From Lytechinus pictus (lineage: Eukaryota): DNA of 60,000 nt. Below are positions 53,701-60,000 of the stretch, piece after piece. The first letter of the stretch is position 1; the number at the start of each line of letters is the position of its first letter. Under the pieces are notes generated by a model, which worked only from the letters and a program-made list of their open reading frames with translations, ran no database searches and was not told the DNA's origin. The stretch is taken from NCBI RefSeq assembly GCF_037042905.1, contig NC_087252.1:10852001-10912000 (forward strand). Reading direction: 5' to 3'. The position numbers and the translations under genes are program-made.

Positions 53701-56700
53701 TTGAGTGTCATTGAATTCCTGGAAATGCCACTCTGCCATGGCAGAGTGGTCTTCGGCGGCTGATGACACACATCAAAGTCTGCAGATCAATTCCTGGAAC
53801 AGAACTTTATGCCCATAGAGAATAGCATTTCATCTACATTACTCTCTTTATATCTGACATGAAATAAAGGAAACTGCCGCAAGCACTATTGGTCCTACAA
53901 TGTGCACATATTTGTTAAAAAAAAGGATGAATACGGATACCTGTCACGCCATCAGTTGGTGAAGCGGATGAGGCGTTGCCTGCACAGTAGAACCCTGCAT
54001 CACAGTCTCCTGCCGTGGTATTCAAGCCGTACACAGGACAGTATTCACCTGCATCACAGGCAAGGCATTCTGAGATGGACTCTCGTCCTGCAAAACAAAA
54101 AACAGGAATAATGATGGATCTAATGACAAACTTGTAATGACTATATGACAGAGCAATTATACACAAGTCTTATTGACTTCCATGTGAGATTGAAGTCGCC
54201 AATGGGGTATCTAAATACAAGTTTTTAAAATATTCAAATACTGAACTCAATCATAACTTGAATACATGTTATTCTCAAGTGAAGAAATGGCAATAGAATG
54301 ACGATAAAAACTATACAGTCAAGTTTAATCAAAGTTTAAGTTCTGTACGTGATGCTACTCAAGCACTTCGCACTGATCCTACAGGCAAAATCACGCATTC
54401 CACAATTTTCAGATTATTTCATTTCTTTATATTTTTTCAATTATTATTTTAAATTTCACTTTGAATGAAGCACTCAGTATTTTATAAGACTAGGTTACAT
54501 TCAGCATTTCCTTTTTTCATCGTTCCCTCTATCTGATGTATGGAAAATCCATGGGCAATAAAGTAAGTTATCAATGACAGTGCTGACAATACCTTCTGTA
54601 GGGTTGTATGTTGAAGGTGGACAGTCGTAGGTCTTGTTAGATCCTGTGGGACAGTACGTCCCAACTGGACAAATGTCCCCTGTGACTCCATCGGTTGGTG
54701 TAGGCGATGATGCCCCCGAGATGCAGTAATACCCAGCCTCGCACTCGCCGTACGGCGCAGTCAGACCCTCGCGGTCGCAATACATCCCTCCGGAACATGG
54801 GGTACAGTCATCGGCCTCCTCGAGATTGGTCTGGTCACTGAAGGTTCCGTTGGGGCAAGGGAACTCCTTGGAGTACTTGGTGCCCATGGGACAGTAGTGG
54901 CCTTGAGGACACGGCTGTGGGTTCTGTACACCGTGGCTGCAGAAGGTGTCATTCTGGAGGGTGGCATCGCAGTAGAAGCCAGCTGGACAGCTCTTACAAG
55001 AATCCTGACACAAGACAGGAATTGAATAAAGAAAAAGATGATGAAGTCAGAAAAAAATATTATGATATTCACTAAAGAAAACAGTATGCTGGCTTCAAAG
55101 CCTCATCGAATACTGATTGGTGTTAAAACTAAAGGCTCCTTGTCCATCATTATTTTTGGCAACATTTGTTGTATACAATGTCACCATCTGCAAATCTATG
55201 TTTCATTCCGATATTCATTATCAATAATCATCATTTTCTGCCACAATACATGATAGCTTTTGATTCCCATCTTACAACAGCAATTTAACATCATTAATGC
55301 AATAATAGTCAGATGCATTACAATCTTTCCAATTCAACGATTTCTTTATCACTATTCCTGTATTCCTGTTCTTCAATGCCATTCTACCCGAATTTAACTC
55401 AGATGCCATTTTGCATAATATAGTCCTGGAGCTTGTTTCATTGAGAGTTAAAACTATCATGGTAACTTCGCTATTTTTGTAACTACTATCATATGGAAAC
55501 TTTAGAGACCTCTGTACTTAAATAAAAAATCCTTTCCCTTGATCAACTAACCATTCCAAAGTCATCTTGGTATGTCCCAGATGCACATGAAGTCAATCCA
55601 GAGCTACCAGCTTCGCAGTAGTGACCAGGAGTGCAGATGTATTCCGTCGGCTGAGATGTGTTCTGACCGCCAGGACAGTAATAGCCAGCTTGGCAGGGAC
55701 CAGTGGGCTCGGGCAGGCCTGTACCTTCACAGTAGTAACCTAGATATTCAACAAAAAACAGGAAATATGTCAGCTTTGTTCATGTGGTTATTGTGTATCG
55801 ATGCAGTGAGTTTCCCTGATGCAAAAAAAAAAAAACTTTGCGGAAGAGGTTTAGACTACTCAGCTTCTCCAGTTTGGATTACTTTTGCACAAGAGAACAA
55901 AGTGTTTCATGCATTTATCGTGTAGCAGATCAGTTGATCGTGTCATACCGCTGTTCCTGAATAAAGATTGTGTAACTTCAGCTAATCACTACACTCTCTA
56001 CATTGGCAAAGAGAAGAAAGCAGCATATTTTAAAAATGCAAGCAACTGTTTGCTAAACATCTGCTTTTCTTTTTCTTTATTCCAAAGCAAGTCTTTATTC
56101 AAAATTTCCCAACAAAGCATATAACCAAACATAAAATGCATGTTATACATTACATACAGTATTATAAATGTACAGGTAAAGAAATCTGCTTTTCTCATTC
56201 ATTTTGACTCGTGTCATATCATATCCATATTCAAAATTTTCAACATATGAAAATGAAAAGAGAATGAAACGATTGCTGCCAATTTGCAGAGCAAAAGAGG
56301 TGCACCATGAAGGGCTGTTGAAATGGTTCAAATGTAAATGGTGAAACCTCACCTGGCAAGCAAGGCATGCAGTCATCCAGTTCAACACTCTTTGTTGTAT
56401 TGACATAGTAGCCAGCTGGACACGGTATGGGGTCATAGGTTGCCTCAGGGCAGTAGTGGCCGGCGGGACAAACCGCGCCGGTGACGTTGTTGGTCGGTGT
56501 GGCTTCGGACGCACCCAAGGTGCAGTAGTAACCGGGATCACATGGTCCAGTGACGTTTGACATTCCGTATTCTTCACAGTAATAGCCTGCAGCGAAAGGG
56601 GTAAGGAAGTCAATATAGGCATTTGCAAAGAAATTGAAATCCATTGCAATCCAATGCAGCTCCCTGAATCAATCATAGCTCTAAATAATAAAAATAATAA

Positions 56701-59700
56701 TTTCATTTTTTACCCAGGGTAGCCACTTCAGTTCTGGAAACTGTTCTACCAGAGGGCCCTGCTTTAGCACGGCTACCTTGATCGGGCACTCGAGGAATTT
56801 CTTCCTACCGGGTACCCATTCACCTCACCTGGGTCGGTTGCAGCAGGGTGGATAAATTTCTTGCTGAAAGAAAACACGCCATGGCTAGGATTCAAACCCG
56901 CGACACTCTGTTTGAAAGGCGAGTGTCAGAACCACTAGACCACGACGCGCCCGCTCTTGCTCTTGCAAGTGATTGTAAATTTGTGATTGATTGCCAATTC
57001 TGCTTCTTCCAACAAGGAGAGAAACTCATTTCCTGCAGCTAACTTAATGGCTCGTAATTCTCAAATTGTGACAGAACTTGGCAATTCATTGCAAATAGTT
57101 TCTTGCATAACCCTTTATTATAATTTGCCTAATTATGAAAGAAATTATCTTTTGTGCATAGTCATTTATGAATCCTATCTCACATAGTTCTAATAATCCA
57201 ATACAGTATCTACAGAATGACAATCTAAATGATTTGCAAATGAGATTTGAAAAACCTATTAAAGAATTATCTGTTCATGATTGTAAAAAAAAAAATGTTA
57301 TTTGTATTAAAGAAATGTAAAGAATAAATATCTTTAGTACAGTTCTTTAATAAGGCTAACACTAAAAATAAGACTGAAATTCACAGCCACTTTGACTTTT
57401 CTCCCCCTTTCCGCCCCATTTTTTGATGACCAGAGCATGTCACACCACAACTTCCAAACAAAACTAAACGTAATATCTTTCTATTTTTTGGTGCCTGAAC
57501 TCACCGCGTGTGCAGCTTGTAGGTTCAATGGATCCCTCAGGACAGAACTCTCCGGGCGAACACTGCCCTCCGGTGGCATTGGATGAACAGAAGCATGAGG
57601 TAGTGATGTTGTTGAAGCCGTAATCCGTTGGCATGCTTGACCACGCCCCTCGGATACAGTACCAGCCGGGGGCGCAGGGGTCGGTAGGGGCGCTGAGACC
57701 GGGAGTGCCACAGTATTGACCTGAAAGGAAAAATCATTGAAGAATAGAATTGAATATGGTCATCCAAATATCCTTTGCTCAAAGATGCCTACTTTTTAGA
57801 ATAGTCTTCCTGAAGATATAAAATGTATTATCTATAGTCTTGTGTTGTTAAAAACATCTCAATACTATTGATTTACAGTACTTCTTGATTCTCTGCGCTC
57901 CTACCTTGTGCACTCTCGAGAGTTGCTTTGCCACTTTATAAGTAACATAATCATCATTATCATTAATTTTCTTATTATTTTTTATTATTATTATTATCAT
58001 CAATGTCAGTATTATCAGTATCATCATTAAATTGGGAACAAGTTACAGCATGACCCTTTAGAATATGGTTCCTCTTAGAATGCAACTCACTTATTGACCC
58101 CTCTCCAATTAAAGGGTACATAAGGGAGAATAGTATGATAAATGTTACTTCATCCCCCCAAAAGATCAATCTCATGAGTAATTTTTTAGACCTCGTCCAA
58201 GTCAGAGTTGCATAGAACCCGCAAACAGCTTCATATTATTACGATTGTCACATTTCATCATATTGACAAAACGATGGGAAATGTAAGAAAAGCCACAATG
58301 CTTAAAGCGGGATTCCTGCTAAAAGACGTTGCGCACTCTTTTGACAAAGTTTGCCAAGCATTGAGCACTCACCGGGTGTACAAGGCTTGCAGTCAACCAG
58401 CTCTTGCTTGCCCTCATAGTCATTATAGTAGCCCTTGGGACAGGGGAACTCATCGGACGACTTGGTGCCCTCCGGACAGTAATGACCGGTTGGACATGGG
58501 GTATCTGCGTAGTGGACATCACCGGTTTCACAGTAATACCTGGACACGAGGAAGAAAACAGTTGAGTTGGAAGTTTTACATCAATTAAAAGCTTACAGAT
58601 ACTGGTATAAGTTCCTGAAATTGTGACTTTTTATTGGTTATAGCACGCCAGTTTACAGATAATTGATTTTATTAGACAGATTCTTACAGTTCTTATCTGA
58701 TTTTCTCTTTCCCGTAAAGAGCAGCAGTGTTGATAGTGACACATTAACCTGTTACTTACGGAAACCGGAGGGGGGGGATTCATAGAATCTCTGAGGCAAC
58801 AGGTTATCTAAGGAAGTCCGTATTCACATACATGGCTATTTCCATTTCTAGAGACCCGGGAACTGATCACGAAACTGATCACAAAGTTACGTAAAACTTA
58901 CTTCAGTAATGAAGAACTAGTACATGGCAAATTTAAACATTAAATAACGTAATAATTATTGTTATGCAGTGGTCATCTCACCCTGGTGGACATGGATCAC
59001 ATTCCGATTGACCAGTCTGGTTGTTGTAGGTTCCTGCCTCGCAGTCCAGTGGGTAAGACGTCCCGTTTGGACAGTAGTGACCCACTGGGCAAGGACCACC
59101 CGTTGAATCGACTGTCGGGTTGTTGGGATCTTTGGCACCTCGTAAGCAGTAGAAGCCGGCGTAGCAGTCGCCGGTCGGAGCGGTCAAGCCAACGTCCTCG
59201 CAGTATTGGCCGTAGAGGCACGGTGTGCATTCGCTCTGTTGATGAAAATAAAAATACATCACAATATACATTTTCTACTCTAAACATCTGTTGACTTACA
59301 CAATGATCAGAGCAAATGTTTCCTTATCATCGTTGCAATAGATAGATAGATAGATAGATGATAGATAGATAGATAGATAAACAGACAGACAGACAGACAG
59401 ACAGATAGATAGATAGCTAGCTAGAGAGATTGATGGATGGATGGATGATAGGCAGACAGACAGACAGAATAATCATTCTTAGATTGAACATTCTACAAAT
59501 CTCTTCATTAAATGCTTCTCATAACTATCCGAATTGTCAAAGGTTCTTTGCCAAGTCAACTTCTGATCATGTAGTCATATGCCATCTAGGATAAGGAACC
59601 AATTTAAATTAAGGTTCACAATAAAATCATATGAAAAATATTGAAGAGTAGACCTTTTCCTGAATTATGCATCATATAATCCAACAATGTAATTGGAAAG

Positions 59701-59864
59701 AAGATCACATTGTATAACATTTATTCTCAAGCAAGTACAGTGAAGGTGGTCACTTACTGCGTTGGTCAGTTTGGTGACGTTGCCAAACGTTCCTCTTGGA
59801 CATGGTGTGGGTGTGTCCGAGCCTTCTGGGCAATAGGAACCTTCTGGACATACTCCGGCCACTC
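37..59864 (-). CDS. Internal part (64 exons, ~4,370 aa) of a giant cysteine-rich repeat protein with Ephrin_rec_like/GCC2_GCC3-type CPxGxYC repeats; probably extracellular; both ends lie outside the window
   Basis: 64 exons, each bounded by AG/GT on the minus strand; exon lengths and intron phases chain into one frame (sum about 13,128 nt); every exon encodes CPxG(Y/H/F)(Y/F)C motifs with many NxS/T sequons. Confidence 0.93.
1062..1208 (-). CDS. Cys-rich gene exon 63
   Basis: AG/GT; GHYCVFGEELPIPCPPG. Confidence 0.9.
1350..1470 (+). mobile_element. 5' fragment of the same tRNA-derived SINE family
   Basis: GTTCAAATCCCAGCCATGGC...TTCAGCAAGAAAT matches the head of the 56683-56952 element. Confidence 0.6.
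1670..1893 (-). CDS. Cys-rich gene exon 62
   Basis: AG/GT; YVCTGGSTTGSPASGSGMGYPCPAGHYC. Confidence 0.9.
2318..2535 (-). CDS. Cys-rich gene exon 61
   Basis: AG/GT; VDPDNSSFTGNDVCPKGYYCTNG. Confidence 0.9.
2909..3162 (-). CDS. Cys-rich gene exon 60
   Basis: AG/GT; GPVITPETCPRGYFCPPG. Confidence 0.9.
3614..3835 (-). CDS. Cys-rich gene exon 59
   Basis: AG/GT; GEGNALPDADCDPGYYCPGG. Confidence 0.9.
4222..4413 (-). CDS. Cys-rich gene exon 58
   Basis: AG/GT; GNCSAGFYCNHTSFEPDQYPCPRG. Confidence 0.9.
4792..4967 (-). CDS. Cys-rich gene exon 57
   Basis: AG/GT; YQYPDDTCHPQFDCVCPDYINSTGG. Confidence 0.9.
5307..5466 (-). CDS. Cys-rich gene exon 56
   Basis: AG/GT; GQMNLTDCMYCPPGMYCEG. Confidence 0.9.
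5529..5840. mobile_element. Harbinger-type MITE (older copy of the 31651 family)
   Basis: GGCCCATAATCTGAA...TTCAGAATGTGGGCC ends; internal similarity to 31651-31973. Confidence 0.7.
5867..6624. mobile_element. piggyBac-type non-autonomous element
   Basis: TTAA TSD on both sides; TIR CCCTAAA(T/A)AGACTGGG; subterminal G-run-CTGA(T/A)TCAG-C-run hairpins. Confidence 0.85.
6831..6953 (-). CDS. Cys-rich gene exon 55
   Basis: AG/GT; GSYCENTTVVPQECPVGHYCPDG. Confidence 0.9.
7060..7180. repeat. (ATC)n microsatellite
   Basis: Seen directly. Confidence 0.9.
7187..7348 (-). CDS. Cys-rich gene exon 54
   Basis: AG/GT; GVNVRAPNGNNNTGFGGRCYAGHECP. Confidence 0.9.
7740..7871 (-). CDS. Cys-rich gene exon 53
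   Basis: AG/GT; GTFGDGPGLAAENECTDCPGG. Confidence 0.9.
   Translation of the reverse strand, partial: EPLEMGLDWLRRTNVPIVQVDTSARAQAKTPPQTNVTQDSSAL
8078..8228 (+). mobile_element. 3' fragment of the same SINE family
   Basis: GCAGGGCCC...GAACAGTTT..CAGAACTGAAGTGGCT.CCCTGGGTAAA plus (ATT)n matches the tail of 56683-56952. Confidence 0.6.
8312..8536 (-). CDS. Cys-rich gene exon 52
   Basis: AG/GT; DGVTGDICPIGHYCPEG. Confidence 0.9.
8575..9020. repeat. (ATC/ACC)n degenerate microsatellite
   Basis: Seen directly. Confidence 0.9.
9048..9182 (-). CDS. Cys-rich gene exon 51
   Basis: AG/GT; GKDTIEDCVGCDPGYYC. Confidence 0.9.
9745..10014 (-). CDS. Cys-rich gene exon 50
   Basis: AG/GT; GENCPKGRYGNQTG. 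Confidence 0.9.
11753..14630 (+). pseudogene. Decayed intron-containing Harbinger (HARBI1-like DDE) transposase
   Basis: Fragments RDRKNPFEYED and LPVMLQVLTGLCFYAIG|gtgag (~12564-12721); spliced to GTF*KMQADEATISQSSVCRII...FPRVIGAID...HVY..IRSP...RKNRSSVNV* (13789-14078); then YPLLPSMM...IEKDGVLR (~14458-14630); stops and frameshifts; putative first exon MAHNFELLRRLARE at 11753 is less certain. Confidence 0.8.
15384..15958. mobile_element. TTAA-type MITE (AGG termini, Kolobok-like) nested in the Harbinger element
   Basis: ttaa|AGGTCAAGTCC...GGACTTGTCCT|ttta with long imperfect inverted arms. Confidence 0.65.
18830..19170. repeat. Inverted minisatellite-like repeat (T(C/G)GTC(T/C)AA units mirrored by TTAGAC(G/C)AA); partial copies at ~23290-23480 and ~31510-31640
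   Basis: Short units repeated on the left arm and reverse-complemented on the right arm. Confidence 0.55.
19188..19367 (-). CDS. Cys-rich gene exon 49
   Basis: AG/GT; DMCTPCDAGWYCDEAG; joins in frame across the 9.2-kb intron to exon 50. Confidence 0.9.
19751..19960 (-). CDS. Cys-rich gene exon 48
   Basis: AG/GT; GTYQSSEGQGACDLCPEG. Confidence 0.9.
19994..20140. mobile_element. Short MITE with CAGGG termini (hAT-like)
   Basis: CAGGGATGTAGTCAA...TTGACTACATCCCTG; no TSD visible. Confidence 0.6.
20141..20295. mobile_element. Palindromic MITE
   Basis: CATAAAAGTTACCATTATGG ... CCATAATAGTAACTTTTATG hairpin. Confidence 0.65.
20551..21322. mobile_element. piggyBac-type non-autonomous element, related to 5867-6624 in the opposite orientation
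   Basis: TTAA TSDs; TIR CCCTAA(T/A)TCTCCCGGGG; body aligns to the reverse complement of 5867-6624. Confidence 0.85.
21357..21518 (-). CDS. Cys-rich gene exon 47
   Basis: AG/GT; GHFCAGESLSVPSGQCYAG. Confidence 0.9.
21974..22156 (-). CDS. Cys-rich gene exon 46
   Basis: AG/GT; QCNAGFYCPGGNDNPEPVGFECPAG. Confidence 0.9.
22298..22550. repeat. (ATC/ACC)n degenerate microsatellite
   Basis: Seen directly. Confidence 0.9.
22681..22836 (-). CDS. Cys-rich gene exon 45
   Basis: AG/GT; GNASIISDCTCPAANYTGNRCPPG. Confidence 0.9.
23507..23806 (-). CDS. Cys-rich gene exon 44
   Basis: AG/GT; QSTCDPCIAGYYCPSN. Confidence 0.9.
24301..24504 (-). CDS. Cys-rich gene exon 43
   Basis: AG/GT; GGYYCSTPGLGREDGQCTQG. 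Confidence 0.9.
24899..25168 (-). CDS. Cys-rich gene exon 42
   Basis: AG/GT; GDICPAGYYCELG. Confidence 0.9.
25532..25820. mobile_element. Two adjacent palindromic MITEs (~25532-25662 and ~25665-25820)
   Basis: GTAACACAAA...TTTGTGTTAC arms; CGTTTCATAAAG...CTTTATGAAACG arms; the second is nearly the same as 51105-51268. Confidence 0.7.
25893..26000 (-). CDS. Cys-rich gene exon 41
   Basis: AG/GT; GSYCETPGKTNVTAECSEGFYC. Confidence 0.9.
26162..26316. repeat. (ATC/ACC)n degenerate microsatellite
   Basis: Seen directly. Confidence 0.9.
26351..26530 (-). CDS. Cys-rich gene exon 40
   Basis: AG/GT; GYYCLSSSEEMAPVG. Confidence 0.9.
27104..27370 (-). CDS. Cys-rich gene exon 39
   Basis: AG/GT; GNTMPFDYCAPGHFCTQG. 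Confidence 0.9.
28057..28296 (-). CDS. Cys-rich gene exon 38
   Basis: AG/GT; GDYELLDAENITETGNFSGRYRSYRGVAVPTIC. Confidence 0.9.
28385..28567. mobile_element. Palindromic MITE
   Basis: AAGTTAAGAGCGACTTTAAGAACGACTG mirrored by CAGTCGTTCTTAAAGTCGCTCTTAACTT; related copy at 37870-38052. Confidence 0.75.
29139..29420 (-). CDS. Cys-rich gene exon 37
   Basis: AG/GT; YTMNVNISDCLLCTAG. Confidence 0.9.
29944..30159 (-). CDS. Cys-rich gene exon 36
   Basis: AG/GT; GTYCPEGSDQPLQCPPGQYC. Confidence 0.9.
30720..30905 (-). CDS. Cys-rich gene exon 35
   Basis: AG/GT; GKYCEGDGNDVPTADCSPG. Confidence 0.9.
30960..31290 (+). repeat. Dispersed repeat of unclear class (copies at ~49020-49362 + and ~37075-37280 -)
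   Basis: Shared TTACAGTCCTTT(T)AAG...ACTCATTTCCGAAAG...TGTACCGTAAA blocks. Confidence 0.55.
31355..31465 (-). CDS. Cys-rich gene exon 34
   Basis: AG/GT; GYYCPTGTEYSTQYPCPAG. Confidence 0.9.
31651..31973. mobile_element. Harbinger-type MITE
   Basis: TIR GGCCCGTATTCTGAA / TTCAGAATACGGGCC; ATA on both flanks. Confidence 0.85.
32090..32257 (-). CDS. Cys-rich gene exon 33
   Basis: AG/GT; GPCQEGTYCPGATPEP. Confidence 0.9.
33177..33353 (-). CDS. Cys-rich gene exon 32
   Basis: AG/GT; GTYGPVEELATADECTQCDPG. Confidence 0.9.
33563..33899. repeat. (ATC/ACC)n microsatellite
   Basis: Seen directly. Confidence 0.9.
33918..34067 (-). CDS. Cys-rich gene exon 31
   Basis: AG/GT; GDYMNHTQADACYTCPAR. Confidence 0.9.
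34962..35096 (-). CDS. Cys-rich gene exon 30
   Basis: AG/GT; GDCDAGFYCLGGADDATP. Confidence 0.9.
35755..36006 (-). CDS. Cys-rich gene exon 29
   Basis: AG/GT; GLTTPTAKCQEGHYCTLG. Confidence 0.9.
36800..37033 (-). CDS. Cys-rich gene exon 28
   Basis: AG/GT; GLTEYKDLCDAGFVCVSG. Confidence 0.9.
37606..37820 (-). CDS. Cys-rich gene exon 27
   Basis: AG/GT; YCDANEAATFYGVASHGVVNPTVC. Confidence 0.9.
37870..38052. mobile_element. Palindromic MITE (28385 family)
   Basis: GTGTTTCATAAAGCTGTT...AACAGCTTTATGAAACAC. Confidence 0.7.
38369..38771. mobile_element. Harbinger-type MITE
   Basis: Inverted ends CCGGCTCACACTATGCGATT / AATCGCATAGTGTGAGCCGG; TAA on both flanks. Confidence 0.8.
38793..39048 (-). 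CDS. Cys-rich gene exon 26
   Basis: AG/GT; NTERANCLDCIPGMYCAG; ends TA|gtaagt (phase 2). Confidence 0.9.
39370..39498 (-). CDS. Cys-rich gene exon 25
   Basis: AG/GT; GFFCNGSASQPDPDYGICPAG. Confidence 0.9.
39977..40234 (-). CDS. Cys-rich gene exon 24
   Basis: AG/GT; DGLSETSGNCSAGWYCTGG. Confidence 0.9.
41012..41140 (-). CDS. Cys-rich gene exon 23
   Basis: AG/GT; GYYCPEMTASRYENPCPMG. Confidence 0.88.
41689..41904 (-). CDS. Cys-rich gene exon 22
   Basis: AG/GT; GVDMPEPTGVGNTGLGNICPRG. Confidence 0.9.
42368..42595 (-). CDS. Cys-rich gene exon 21
   Basis: AG/GT; GYYCVNRDRADPCITG. Confidence 0.9.
43222..43407 (-). CDS. Cys-rich gene exon 20
   Basis: AG/GT; GECYAGFYCTLGASNPAP. Confidence 0.9.
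43600..43887. repeat. (ATC/ACC)n microsatellite
   Basis: Seen directly. Confidence 0.9.
43894..44112 (-). CDS. Cys-rich gene exon 19
   Basis: AG/GT; GFYCSLAAIEPNPNG. Confidence 0.9.
44688..44978 (-). CDS. Cys-rich gene exon 18
   Basis: AG/GT; GFYCEAENITEPTGLCSPG. Confidence 0.9.
45469..45582 (-). CDS. Cys-rich gene exon 17
   Basis: AG/GT; GFYCPNGTETAREFPCPVG. Confidence 0.9.
45652..46132. mobile_element. Degenerate MITE
   Basis: GCCTTTTCACAC...GTGTGAAAGGGC inverted ends. Confidence 0.5.
46420..46788 (-). CDS. Cys-rich gene exon 16
   Basis: AG/GT; GKFTNQYGNQAEGDCQPCTAG. Confidence 0.9.
47496..47669 (-). CDS. Cys-rich gene exon 15
   Basis: AG/GT; GYYCRYDELANVSGLCEAG. Confidence 0.9.
48644..48742 (-). 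CDS. Cys-rich gene exon 14
   Basis: AG/GT; FGCACPNDTTGGRCLAG. Confidence 0.88.
49391..49618 (-). CDS. Cys-rich gene exon 13
   Basis: AG/GT; GHFCPLNTEFATENPCNNG. Confidence 0.9.
49810..50783. mobile_element. Helentron/HINE (DINE-1/pearl-like) non-autonomous element with an internal tandem array
   Basis: Subterminal IR GTCTCACCTGCAT (49831) / ATGCAGGTGAGAC (50766); terminal hairpin GTCTCAC...GTGAGAC; (GCC)n near the end; 5 copies of a ~162-bp GACCTTTGACCT core. Confidence 0.75.
51105..51268. mobile_element. Palindromic MITE (25665 family)
   Basis: CATAAAGAGTTACAACTGTTGTAAC...GTTACAACAGTTGTAACACTTTATG. Confidence 0.75.
51360..51635 (-). CDS. Cys-rich gene exon 12
   Basis: AG/GT; GHYCEIPGLSYPSGECDPG. 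Confidence 0.9.
51860..52060 (-). CDS. Cys-rich gene exon 11
   Basis: AG/GT; GPCDGGFYCRSGSDARQPSESSRGDAGVCPEG. Confidence 0.9.
52728..52890 (-). CDS. Cys-rich gene exon 10
   Basis: AG/GT; DCPAGFYCPEGTGHVWQSCPAG. Confidence 0.9.
53243..53391 (-). CDS. Cys-rich gene exon 9
   Basis: AG/GT; GDECPVGHRCPAGSPQPIQCEPG. Confidence 0.9.
53941..54087 (-). CDS. Cys-rich gene exon 8
   Basis: AG/GT; GRESISECLACDAG. Confidence 0.9.
54593..55004 (-). CDS. Cys-rich gene exon 7
   Basis: AG/GT; DSCKSCPAGFYCDATLQNDTFCSHGVQNP. Confidence 0.9.
55552..55739 (-). CDS. Cys-rich gene exon 6
   Basis: AG/GT; GYYCEGTGLPEPTGPCQAG. Confidence 0.9.
56353..56586 (-). CDS. Cys-rich gene exon 5
   Basis: AG/GT; GYYCEEYGMSNVTGPCDPG. 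Confidence 0.9.
56683..56952 (-). mobile_element. tRNA-derived SINE, near full length
   Basis: Minus strand: A box TGGTCTAGTGG, B box GGTTTGAATCC, central ACCCAGGTGAGGTGAATGGGTACC, (ATT)n-like tail. Confidence 0.75.
57505..57720 (-). CDS. Cys-rich gene exon 4
   Basis: AG/GT; GQYCGTPGLSAPTDPCAPG. Confidence 0.9.
58373..58539 (-). CDS. Cys-rich gene exon 3
   Basis: AG/GT; YYCETGDVHYADTPCPTG. Confidence 0.9.
58982..59235 (-). CDS. Cys-rich gene exon 2
   Basis: AG/GT; SECTPCLYGQYCEDVG. Confidence 0.9.
59338..59468. repeat. (GATA)n/(GACA)n/(GATG)n compound microsatellite
   Basis: Seen directly. Confidence 0.9.
59758..59864 (-). CDS. Cys-rich gene exon 1 (first visible in the window)
   Basis: AG/GT; GVAGVCPEGSYCPEG. 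Confidence 0.88.
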
Positions 59865-60000
59865 CTACAGTGTACAACAAAAAATAAGGAAAAAAATATA
59901 TTAACAAGTCATGGGGTTATTTCATAAGACATGGAAAGATGTTCATTTGGAACCATATATTTCAAATGGTGTCTCAATGAGACAACATGAGACCCAGAAG

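Overview
Eukaryotic (animal) genomic DNA with AT-rich introns; the repeat landscape suggests a marine invertebrate such as a sea urchin (inference). The whole window lies inside one giant minus-strand gene. I traced 64 consecutive GT-AG coding exons between 59864 and 37 that splice in frame into about 13.1 kb (about 4,370 codons) with no start or stop codon in the window. The product consists only of CPxGxYC cysteine-rich repeats (Ephrin-receptor-like / GCC2-GCC3 type), rich in N-glycosylation sequons and organised as an apparent ~700-aa higher-order super-repeat present at least 6 times. The introns carry an 8.3-kb PIF/Harbinger element with perfect TIRs but a decayed spliced transposase, piggyBac-, Kolobok- and Harbinger-type MITEs, a Helentron/HINE-like tandem-repeat element, tRNA-derived SINEs and (ATC)n tracts. 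Three unusual intronic patterns stand out: many TACATGTA transposon-excision-like footprints, repeated ~110-165 bp tandem duplications straddling splice junctions, and (GAT)n tracts placed just downstream of 5' splice sites. Coordinates were read by eye and may be off by a few bases.
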